Shown here: piece after piece, positions 8,850-16,734 of the stretch
Numbering within the stretch: position 1 is the first letter of the stretch
Layout: each line of letters opens with the position of its first letter
Assembly (NCBI RefSeq): GCF_003012735.1
Contig: NZ_PXYI01000011.1
Coordinates: 1 to 32,000 of the forward strand
Origin: Allosphingosinicella deserti
GTDB lineage: Bacteria; Pseudomonadota; Alphaproteobacteria; Sphingomonadales; Sphingomonadaceae
Reading direction: 5' to 3'
DNA: 32,000 nucleotides
The notes under the pieces: generated by a model
The model's database searches: none
What the model was told of the DNA's origin: nothing
Seen by the model: the letters and a program-made list of their open reading frames with translations, nothing else
Program-made: the position numbers and the translations under genes

Positions 8850-8899
8850 CAGGTTTTTGGTACCGGCATTCGCAGGTTCGAATCCTGCCGCCCCAGCCA
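8850..8899 (+). pseudogene. 3' half of tRNA-Gln(UUG), from anticodon arm to CCA, without a functional 5' half
   Basis: AGGTTTTTGGTACCGGCATTCGCAGGTTCGAATCCTGCCGCCCCAGCCA matches the E. coli tRNA-Gln(UUG) 3' half almost base for base in layout: anticodon loop TTTTGGT, T-arm GCAGG-TTCGAAT-CCTGC, acceptor CGCCCCA, discriminator G, then CCA. The required 5' acceptor strand TGGGGCG is absent. The upstream 23 nt cannot form an acceptor or D stem. Confidence 0.8.
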
Positions 8900-8998
8900 G
8901 ATTGCAAGATCCAGGCGTCGAGCCGTCGCATGGCAATCGCGCAAGCTCTGGCAGTGGCGATGCCCGCATGACGCCAGGTGAATTCGGGAGCTCGGCTG

Positions 8999-9418
8999 AT
9001 GACGCGCGCCATCCTTGGACTTGGCCTCTTGCTTGCAACGTGCATCGAAACGCCGGCCTCCGCCATTAGCCCTGAGACCATGCAGGTGGAACGCGACCTG
9101 GTCGACTATGCAATGGCAAGCTGCTTCGCCGCCCAGCAGAACGCCTATCTGAAGGATCAGGGCCGGCGATGGGCTGGTGCCGTGATGCAGCGGGCGCATG
9201 GGCCGGTGGAGCAATGGACCGTCGTTGCGGATGCAGTCGAGGCCGAGCTCGCGCGTTCCGGCATCGGCAAGAGCAAGCCCGACGGTCCCCATGGAGCATC
9301 CGTTCCCATGCCTCTGATGGCCTGCGTCCACATCCCCGATGCCACAGACGTTCGCGCCGCCATCGCTATCGCGGCACGGGCGCTTTCCGCCGATTATGCG
9401 GCGCAGCCGAAGGAATGA
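8999..9418 (+). CDS. Periplasmic Tai4-like T6SS amidase immunity protein (orphan)
   Basis: ATG 8999 follows GGGAG by 8 nt. The signal peptide is MTRAILGLGLLLATCIETPASA. The helical body shows the pattern I associate with Tai4 (LVDYAMASCF ... VPMPLMACVHIPD with paired Cys). No amidase gene is adjacent. Confidence 0.5.
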   Translation: MTRAILGLGLLLATCIETPASAISPETMQVERDLVDYAMASCFAAQQNAYLKDQGRRWAGAVMQRAHGPVEQWTVVADAVEAELARSGIGKSKPDGPHGASVPMPLMACVHIPDATDVRAAIAIAARALSADYAAQPKE

Positions 9419-9732
9419 TCGCCAGTTACAGGCGACCGTCTCGATCGATGGCAGCTCGCATGCTCACGTGCAGGTAGGCCGAGCGGTCCGGTTCGCCACC
9501 TGTCCAGACCTGGCAAAGGCACTTGTCGAGGGGGGCAGGTCAACCGCGCAAGGTTGAAATGACGGCTCAACAATGCCCGATCGTACCAGCCGCGCTGAAG
9601 CTCGCGATCCGCGATCTCCTTCCTGCGTCTGCGATCATCGAAATGCCGCCCCAGGGATGAGATGGCGGCCTGGTACGAGGTGGCGCCGGTACTGCGCGGC
9701 GGAGCGCAAGTATCGCCACGGAGGCCCCGTTC

Positions 9733-10470
9733 TCAACCTGCCGACGCGTTCAGCATCGCCCAGATCGCATCGCCGGCTTCGTCAAACGAGGCCAGTACGC
9801 CCGTGCTGTCGTCGCGGTCGCTTATCACCGTGTACATTTCGTCGTGCGCAAAAAGGATTTCGATCACGTCCCCCTTATGGTTGATGATTTCTACGAAACC
9901 GTCTTCCACACCCATGAGATTGCCGACCTCGAACATCGCAGTCTGGAAGGTCACCAGCGCGTAGCCGTTGCCTGTGCCGCCTTCTGTTTTCCCATTGTGA
10001 TATCGTAGCTGCACTTTCGGCTGGATCGTCCGATCCCAGCGTTCATCCGGAATGATGTGGCGGCGAAGCGTATGAAAATCTTCGATGGTTTCGGTGCCCG
10101 AGAGCTCCGGCTCGAAGATGGGGACGACCAGCACGGTGGCCGACCGATCCAATCCCGATCTGCCGTTTAGCGCAGAGTGGTATTGGGGCGCGGCGAGGAT
10201 CAAGTGCGTGAGGCCGTACCGATTTTCTCCCAAGGGGATCTTCTCGAGCCCCTCGGGCCGCCGGCCCGCCGCCGTTTCCAGCACCTGCCGGGCGAACCTG
10301 TCGTCGATGTGATCGTCGGAAATTAGGAAAGGAACGGGCTCGCCCTTCTCATCCGGAAGCAGGAAGTAGGTGTAGATCGTCCTGCTCTCCAGCTCGTCCG
10401 CGCCCCGCGCCAGGCGTTCGCTCACCACCACCGGATAGAAATTCTTCTCAATTGTCTGAACATCAACCAT
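9733..10470 (-). CDS. Hypothetical cytoplasmic protein, 245 aa, no family recognised
   Basis: Clean ORF with an ATG start and protein-like composition. It is divergent from the eag-rhs operon across a 416-bp spacer. Confidence 0.65.
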   Translation of the reverse strand: MVDVQTIEKNFYPVVVSERLARGADELESRTIYTYFLLPDEKGEPVPFLISDDHIDDRFARQVLETAAGRRPEGLEKIPLGENRYGLTHLILAAPQYHSALNGRSGLDRSATVLVVPIFEPELSGTETIEDFHTLRRHIIPDERWDRTIQPKVQLRYHNGKTEGGTGNGYALVTFQTAMFEVGNLMGVEDGFVEIINHKGDVIEILFAHDEMYTVISDRDDSTGVLASFDEAGDAIWAMLNASAG

Positions 10471-10886
10471 CCGACCCTCCGCCGTGCTTGCCCGCGAGGG
10501 ACGTGAGGCTGACAGACGAGGGTCGATGCATGTTGCCTGCCTTGTGACGCAACCGGATCCGACCTCTCATGATGCAAGAGAACAGGTCAAGGTAAAGGAT
10601 ACGCCGTGCTGCATGGTGGTGATCCGGCCGGATGTTCCCTTCGTGTGCCGACCAAGCTTGCACCCGGCGCCGTGCCGGCGAAACGCGTCAAGAGCCCCGG
10701 TCCGAAGTCTTCGAAGCCCAATTTCAACTGTTCCCTGAAGATCCGGCTGACCTCGTGCCGAAGCTTGAATGAGTCTCGCGCATCGACGTTTCGGCAGGAT
10801 CTCCTCGATTCTCGCGCCGCCGCCGGGAAGAGGGTAGGCGAGCCGTCCTTCCTCCGATATGGAAACTCGAACGGCGTCGTACAGGG

Positions 10887-11318
10887 ATGCAGATGGTGTA
10901 TCGGATTGCGGAGGGGTCGCTGTCGCTGGCCTCCGAATGGCAGGATCAGAGCATCAACGTGCTGCTGCCGAAGCAGGCCAAGGTGCAAGGTGCCAATCTG
11001 GTGATTGCACGCGACCAGGTGCCGCTCGGCATGACCTTCCAGGACTATGTCGCCCAGCAGCGCCAAAATTTCTCGGCGCAGCTCGCCGGGTTCGAGATGA
11101 TCGCCGATACCGCCGCCACCATCGATGGCCGTCAGGCGCATTTCCTCGAGCTCGGCTGGCGCAGCGACGGCAAGCCGATCCATCAGGTGATGGCAATGGT
11201 GCTTCACGACGCCAATGCCGTGCTCAACTTCACCGGATCGATCCCCGGCGGGCCTGACGAGGAGACTCGAAACGCGATGATCGCGGCGATCACCTCCTTC
11301 ACCTTCGCTCGTGACTGA
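10887..11318 (+). CDS. DUF1795/DcrB-fold Eag-type chaperone for a prePAAR effector
   Basis: 143 aa. It begins MQMVYRIAEGSLSLASEWQDQSINVLL ... LVIARDQVPLGMTFQDYV, typical of DUF1795. Its stop lies 8 nt inside the start of the PAAR-Rhs gene. Confidence 0.75.
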   Translation: MQMVYRIAEGSLSLASEWQDQSINVLLPKQAKVQGANLVIARDQVPLGMTFQDYVAQQRQNFSAQLAGFEMIADTAATIDGRQAHFLELGWRSDGKPIHQVMAMVLHDANAVLNFTGSIPGGPDEETRNAMIAAITSFTFARD

Positions 11319-14300
11319 CAGCGGGCGGACCGCCGACGAGAAGCTGCGCGATCTCCGCGAGCGCACCGCGGCGTCGAGCAATGCCGGCACGGTATCGACG
11401 ATCGCGACGACGGGTCACGTCGCCTCGGCGGGGATTCTCGCCGCCGGTGCCTATTCGGCTTTTTCATCGGGCGGCGTGACCGCACTCAAATGCTTCGGCG
11501 GCAGGATCGCCGCGCCCATCGCCGGTGCGATGGCCGGGGCGTGGATCGCCGAGAAGGTCCATGCCGACGAAGCCGCCGTGTGGGTGGCGCAGCAATTCGG
11601 TGCGCAGCGCCTCGCCGGACCAGGCAAGCAGGCGGCGCATCTCACCCACCAGATCGCGCACAGCAATGCCTTTGCCGGCCTGCTCGCCGGGATCGCAGCC
11701 GGAATCGTGGTCGGTGCGGTGGTGGCGATCAGCGCTGCCGCGATCATCGGCACGGCGGGCATGGCGGCACCGCTGGTCGGCGCGGCCGTGGCGTTCGGCG
11801 CGGGCGCCGCCGGGGGCTTCGTCACCGCCGCGATCGCCGGCGCCGGCGCCAAGACGGCGACGCTCTCAGGCCCGATCACCAGCGGTTCTCCGAACGTGTT
11901 GTTCGAAGGAAAGCCCGCCGCCCGGGTGACCGACGTCGCCGCCTGCACCAAACATCCCGGCACGCCGCCCTCGGCGATCATCGAGGGCAGCGAGACGATC
12001 TTCATCAACGATCTGCCGATGGCCCGGATCGGCCACAAGCTGTCCTGCAGTGCCGTGATCCAGGAGGGCTGCAAGACCGTCTTCGGCGACGATACCACCG
12101 GCAGCTACGGGACTCCGGATGCGGAATTCTCGGTCGCCGAGCAGCTTCTGCTGTCGATTGCCGAAGTCGCCGGCATGCGCTCGGCCGTCCGCCAGGGCGG
12201 ACTCCTCAACGGCTCGCTCCGCCGCCTGTTCGGCGAGCCGGTCGACATCGTTACCGGTGACTATGCCGATCAGCGGGTGGATTTCGAATATCCCGGCATC
12301 CTCCCGCTGCGCCTGGAGCGCACCTATCCGGGCCGGATGCGGGTGGAGGGGATGCTCGGTCCGCGCTGGATCTGCAATTGGTCGCAGCGTTTGCTGCTCG
12401 ATGCCGAGGCCGGAACCGCATTGCTCGAGGATGCGGGCGGCGAGCGGCTGCTGTTCGCCATTGGTAGCGGCCGCCAGATCGACGCACGCCACCTCAAGGC
12501 GCCTCAATATCACCTCACCGGCAGCCGCGATCAGATCAGTCTGTTCGATAGCCGGACCCAGCAGTTCCTGCTGTTCGCGCCGGTGCGGGACGCAACGATT
12601 CTGGAAATGATCGGGATCGAGGACCGCAACGGCAACCGCATCGATTTCCTGCGCGGCGCAAACGGCCAGCTCGCCGCCATCCGCCATCCCGACGGTTCGA
12701 TGTTCCGCGTGGAGATGACGGGGGAGGGCTGGCTTCGCGCCTTGTGGCTGGACGGAGAGCCGGATCCGCTGGTGCGCTACGATTATGACCGGGACGGCCA
12801 TCTGCTGCACGTGTCCGGCAGCTTCACCGGAGAATTCCACTACCGCTACACGGCGCAAGGCTGGCTGAACGGCTGGCGCGACAGCGGACTGACCGTCGTC
12901 GAGATCGGTTATGACGAGGCCGGCCGGGTCATCGGCACCCGTACCGCCGACGGGATGTTCAACGACCGCTTCTCCTATTTTCCGGAAGAGCGGATGTCGC
13001 GCTATGTCGACGCGACCGGAGCGGTCACCACCTTCCGGTACGACGCGAACAATCTGGTCACCGAGGAGGTGGATCCGAACGGCGCGCGGACGCTCAGCGA
13101 ATGGGACATGCTCGAGCGGCTGCAGCGCCGGATCGACCCCGCCGGCCGCGAGACCCGGTTCGCCTATGACGGCGACGGCCGGCTGATTGCGCAAAGCGAT
13201 TGGGCCGGTCGCACCGCCAGTTGGTCCTACGATCGCTGGGGCCAGCTCGCAAAGTTCGAAGGTCCCGACGGGGTCAGCAGCTGGACTCGCGATTCCCGCG
13301 GCAACATCGTCGGCTGGGCGGCACCGGACGGCACGTCCGGCACCGCCGCCTATGACGATCGTGGCGTGCTGGTTCGTGAGCAGACTCCAGGCGCGGGAGC
13401 CGTTGCGTGGGAGACGGACGCGGCAGGCCGGCCGATCACGCGCCACGATCCCGGTGGGCGGGTCACTCGGTACGAATGGGACCGGATGGGCCGCCTCGTC
13501 ACGCTGACCGATCCGGCAGGACGGACCAGCCATTGGGCCTATCAGCGCTCGGCGGACAATCCGCGAGGCGCCGTCAGCCACGCCCGCACGGCCGACGGGG
13601 GCGAGATCCGCTTCGCCTATGACGGGGAAGGTTTGCTCGCCGCACGCATCCGCGGCGATGGCCAGACGACGCGCTTCGTTCATGGCGCCTTCGACACGCT
13701 GCGCCAGGTCATCGATCCGCTCGGCGCCACGACCCAATTCGCTTATGATGGCGCCGGGCGCCTGGCGGCGATCACCGATGCCGCCGGGCAGCAATGGCAG
13801 TTCCGCTACGATCCCGCCGGGCGGCTCGCCGCGCAACTGGATTGGGCCGGGCGCGAGACGCTGTACCAGCGCGATCTGCTCGGACGCGTTCTCGCCAAGC
13901 GCATGCCAGACGGCGCCGAACAGCATTTCGAATGGGATGATCGCGATCGCATCGTGCGCGTGATCGCGGGCGAGGACGCGATCTCGTACCGCTATGACGA
14001 GCAGGATCGCCTGATCGGCGCGAGCACTTGGGCCGCGGTGGGCGGCGCTCCCGAGCGGATCGCCGACGTCGCTCTCGCCTATGACGACAAGGGCCGGATC
14101 GTTGCCGAGGAGCAGAACGGCATTGCGATCAGCTATCGCTATGACGAGGCCGGCCGCTGCGTCGGCCGCTCCAGCCCGAGCGGCGAGACCATGCTGGCGT
14201 TCGACGAGGCCGGCCTGCTCACCCGCTACCAGAGCAACGGCCACATTTTGCGCTTCGCCCATGATGTCAGTGGGCTGGAGACGCTGCGCGAGCTCGCCGC

Positions 14301-15774
14301 GATCGGCACGCCGACAGCGTTTCAGCTGCGCCAGAATTACGATCCTGCAGGGCGGCTCGCGGAGCAGCGCGCCGGCTCCGTTGCCGTCGTCGCGCACGAG
14401 CGGCACGCCCCCGACGCGCTGACCCGCCGCTACGAATGGGATCGCGCCGGCCGGCTCGCCGCGACGCTCGACTCCGGTGCGGATGTGGGCGCGAAAGGCG
14501 AGACCCGATACCGCTACGATTTGCGCGATCAGGCGGTGGCGGTGGAGCGGCCGGGTGCCCGCGAATCCTATCGCTACGACGCGCTGATGAACCTCGCCGA
14601 GGGCCTCGCCGGCGAGCATCGTTACTGGCGCGACTGCGTGGTCGAGGCCGGGCCCAATCGCTTCCGCTACGATGCCCGCGGCCGCATGGTGGAGCGGGTG
14701 CTCACCCAGGACGGCTTCCGTCCGCGGCGCTGGCGCTACCGTTGGGACGGGTTCGATCGGATGGTCGGACTCGAGACACCCGATGGCGCGCGCTGGCGCT
14801 ACACTTACGACGCATTTGGCCGCCGCGTGGGCAAGATCCTGCTCGACGAGCCCAATCGGCGGGTCGATTATGTGTGGCAGGGCCAGGCAATCGCCGAAGC
14901 ATGGCATCGCAGCGGCGGCGACGATGCTCCCGGCCCCGGATCGGTGCGCGTCGAGCGCTGGCATTTCGAGCCCGACGGGGTCCGTCCGCTCGCCAAGGAG
15001 CGGGTGCGCATCGGGGAGGACGGCGCACCGGACATCGCGGAGGCGGAGCTGCTGCCGATCGTCGCCGATCAGATCGGCGCGCCGCATGCCCTGTTCGATG
15101 AGGACGGCAATGTGCGCTGGCGCGCCGAACCGCAGCTTTGGGGCCGCACACGCGCCGCCCAGGCGCTGCTGCGCGAGCGGCGCGGCGATGAGGAGGAGGA
15201 CGAGGCCGAGGGCGGGACCACCTGCGCACTTCGCTTCCCGGGACAGTGGGAGGATTCCGAAAGCGGGCTCCACTACAATCTCAACCGTTATTACGATCCG
15301 GACACCGGCCAGTATCTCTCGCCCGATCCCATCGGGGTGAGCGGCGGCCTCAGAACCCACGCTTATGTGCACGATCCCATGCGGTGGATGGATCCGCTCG
15401 GACTGGCGGAGTGCAATTGGGGTCAATGGTTTGCTGCCAAAACTGGAACGCAGCCGCCGGCGGGCATGCCCCGTCCGCATGCTCATCACATCATCTACAA
15501 GGGCCCATTCGCTCACAACCCCGCAATGCAATCGGCTCTTGGGCGAAGTCGGAACGTTATGTCGAAGTACGGGATTGATCCCGTGAATGATCCAGACGCG
15601 CTCATGTGGGCTCCCAACCGCGGGCACAGCGTCGCGAACGCGAGAACGGTAGCCTCGCGCCTAGAGGCCGCCGATGCACGAATATCGGCGCAGAACCTGC
15701 CCAAGGGCGACGCCACTGCAGCCATGAAAGCCGAGTTGCAGCAAATTGGTAAGGATGTATTTGGCTGGCCGTGA
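11311..15774 (+). CDS. PAAR-domain Rhs/YD-repeat T6SS effector with a C-terminal AHH-like nuclease
   Basis: 1487 aa with a GTG start. PAAR motifs (GKPAARVTD, LPMARIGHK) are at aa 186-261. The Rhs shell opens at FGEPVDIVTGDYADQRVDFEYPG. There are many YD repeats (RYxYDxxGRL). The core ends HYNLNRYYDPDTGQYLSPDPIG ... DPMRWMDPLGL. Confidence 0.97.
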   Translation: MTDSGRTADEKLRDLRERTAASSNAGTVSTIATTGHVASAGILAAGAYSAFSSGGVTALKCFGGRIAAPIAGAMAGAWIAEKVHADEAAVWVAQQFGAQRLAGPGKQAAHLTHQIAHSNAFAGLLAGIAAGIVVGAVVAISAAAIIGTAGMAAPLVGAAVAFGAGAAGGFVTAAIAGAGAKTATLSGPITSGSPNVLFEGKPAARVTDVAACTKHPGTPPSAIIEGSETIFINDLPMARIGHKLSCSAVIQEGCKTVFGDDTTGSYGTPDAEFSVAEQLLLSIAEVAGMRSAVRQGGLLNGSLRRLFGEPVDIVTGDYADQRVDFEYPGILPLRLERTYPGRMRVEGMLGPRWICNWSQRLLLDAEAGTALLEDAGGERLLFAIGSGRQIDARHLKAPQYHLTGSRDQISLFDSRTQQFLLFAPVRDATILEMIGIEDRNGNRIDFLRGANGQLAAIRHPDGSMFRVEMTGEGWLRALWLDGEPDPLVRYDYDRDGHLLHVSGSFTGEFHYRYTAQGWLNGWRDSGLTVVEIGYDEAGRVIGTRTADGMFNDRFSYFPEERMSRYVDATGAVTTFRYDANNLVTEEVDPNGARTLSEWDMLERLQRRIDPAGRETRFAYDGDGRLIAQSDWAGRTASWSYDRWGQLAKFEGPDGVSSWTRDSRGNIVGWAAPDGTSGTAAYDDRGVLVREQTPGAGAVAWETDAAGRPITRHDPGGRVTRYEWDRMGRLVTLTDPAGRTSHWAYQRSADNPRGAVSHARTADGGEIRFAYDGEGLLAARIRGDGQTTRFVHGAFDTLRQVIDPLGATTQFAYDGAGRLAAITDAAGQQWQFRYDPAGRLAAQLDWAGRETLYQRDLLGRVLAKRMPDGAEQHFEWDDRDRIVRVIAGEDAISYRYDEQDRLIGASTWAAVGGAPERIADVALAYDDKGRIVAEEQNGIAISYRYDEAGRCVGRSSPSGETMLAFDEAGLLTRYQSNGHILRFAHDVSGLETLRELAAIGTPTAFQLRQNYDPAGRLAEQRAGSVAVVAHERHAPDALTRRYEWDRAGRLAATLDSGADVGAKGETRYRYDLRDQAVAVERPGARESYRYDALMNLAEGLAGEHRYWRDCVVEAGPNRFRYDARGRMVERVLTQDGFRPRRWRYRWDGFDRMVGLETPDGARWRYTYDAFGRRVGKILLDEPNRRVDYVWQGQAIAEAWHRSGGDDAPGPGSVRVERWHFEPDGVRPLAKERVRIGEDGAPDIAEAELLPIVADQIGAPHALFDEDGNVRWRAEPQLWGRTRAAQALLRERRGDEEEDEAEGGTTCALRFPGQWEDSESGLHYNLNRYYDPDTGQYLSPDPIGVSGGLRTHAYVHDPMRWMDPLGLAECNWGQWFAAKTGTQPPAGMPRPHAHHIIYKGPFAHNPAMQSALGRSRNVMSKYGIDPVNDPDALMWAPNRGHSVANARTVASRLEAADARISAQNLPKGDATAAMKAELQQIGKDVFGWP
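15406..15771 (+). other. Rhs C-terminal toxin domain (122 aa after DPLGL): AHH-type HNH/EndoVII nuclease, tentative
   Basis: The motif PRPHAHHIIYKG is followed by GIDPVNDPDALMWAPNRGHS, consistent with the AHH ... N ... H layout. GC drops visibly right after the DPLGL codons (15391-15405). Confidence 0.55.
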
Positions 15775-15788
15775 ATAAGGAAAAGCAG

Positions 15789-16319
15789 ATGGATTGGAAT
15801 GCAAGGGGTAGAGAATTAGCCGACGCTGCGAGCAAGGCCTTCGACGAACTCAACTCTGCGCTGGCGGGCGAGAAGCTGTATGCGATCTGTCTGCAGACAG
15901 CGGACGACGGGATGAGCGTTGGCTTCTGTGCCAATACAGAAGAGGGCTATGCCGAGAAACGTGCGTCGGAAGCCGAGTTCGAGGAAATGACCTCCGGCTA
16001 TGAGGCCTATCTCCGCTGGGCGCCTGCCGAATGGCGCTATGAGATGTTCGGCGACGCACACTTCATGGATGTGAATCGTGATCTCAGCGCGGCGGCGCTC
16101 AACCCGAAGGAGACGTTCGACGTCCATTTCGAACGCCTGATCGAAGTAATGATCGAGGCACTTGCGAAGCTGCGTGCCGAACGTGGGGCAGCGCTCGGCG
16201 GAATCACGCTCTTCGTGACGATCTCCGACAGTGAAGACGCCGAGGCTGTCGAGCGGCGCTCGGCGATGCGGCTCAATACCCCCGAACAGGCTTCTGCCTT
16301 TCTCGAGCGGTTTGGGTAA
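15789..16319 (+). CDS. Cognate Rhs immunity candidate, DUF4303-like (paralog 1)
   Basis: ATG 15789 follows AAGGA by 7 nt. An alternative GTG at 15771 overlaps the rhs stop. The pattern EKLYAICLQTADDGMSVGFCANTEE ... RWAPAEWRY ... ITLFVTISDSEDAE fits my memory of DUF4303. Confidence 0.7.
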   Translation: MDWNARGRELADAASKAFDELNSALAGEKLYAICLQTADDGMSVGFCANTEEGYAEKRASEAEFEEMTSGYEAYLRWAPAEWRYEMFGDAHFMDVNRDLSAAALNPKETFDVHFERLIEVMIEALAKLRAERGAALGGITLFVTISDSEDAEAVERRSAMRLNTPEQASAFLERFG

Positions 16320-16734
16320 AGGTTGTTCGGCAGTGGTCGGCCATCAGGAATTCGACACGGTTCACGGCCCGAGGTCGACGCCGGGCCAAGTAATGAGCTG
16401 CGGCGGATTTCATTGCCTTTGCACCAGCCTTGGCTCACCCTAATCGTCGCGAAGCGCACCAGTTGCATCGGCGGCGCGCCTGCGTCGGCGCTTCGGCTCG
16501 AGGCGGAGCGTTCCGCCGGACCTGCGATGGCGTTTGCGGTGCTTCTGAATCGCTCTATCCCGAGCCGTAACGCTCGTCGAGGCCCCGCACGGTTTCTCGG
16601 GGCGTTGCTGGGTAGGCCAAGCCAGGTTCCGGCAAGCTCGCGCGACCCAGGTGATCGGTAACACCGGTTACGTGATGAGAGAGAGTCGAGGTTCACCATT
16701 CTCTCAGATTCGATTCAAGATGGAAGGCTGCAGC

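Noticed and set aside
8827-8899. An intact tRNA-Gln gene, or the acceptor piece of a two-piece alphaproteobacterial tmRNA
   Set aside because: The 5' acceptor strand TGGGGCG is absent both immediately upstream and within about 200 nt downstream. The D-arm cannot form. The discriminator is G, not the A expected for tmRNA. It was kept only as a 3'-half fragment.
8588-9331. 247-aa minus-strand ORF crossing the tRNA fragment and the Tai4-like gene
   Set aside because: It runs through a recognisable tRNA-derived segment and is antisense to an ORF with an RBS and signal peptide. Its composition is not protein-like.
10587-11390. 267-aa minus-strand ORF spanning the rhs upstream spacer and the DUF1795-like gene
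   Set aside because: It is antisense to a well-supported gene with no family signal. A short protein-like patch at about 10700-10790 lacks any start codon in frame.
11866-15627. 1253-aa ORF antisense to the Rhs gene, plus several other long alternate-frame ORFs in 11.4-15.3 kb
   Set aside because: Its composition is Ala/Gly/Arg/Pro-rich and low-complexity, which is typical of stop-poor antisense frames in high-GC DNA. The sense frame carries unmistakable PAAR, YD-repeat and DPxGL features.
16440-16664. 74-aa highly basic minus-strand ORF in the GC-rich spacer of the immunity array
   Set aside because: It has runs of Arg/Lys (KRRRRRAAD), no RBS, and runs opposite to every gene in the array. 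It is more likely a non-coding spacer.
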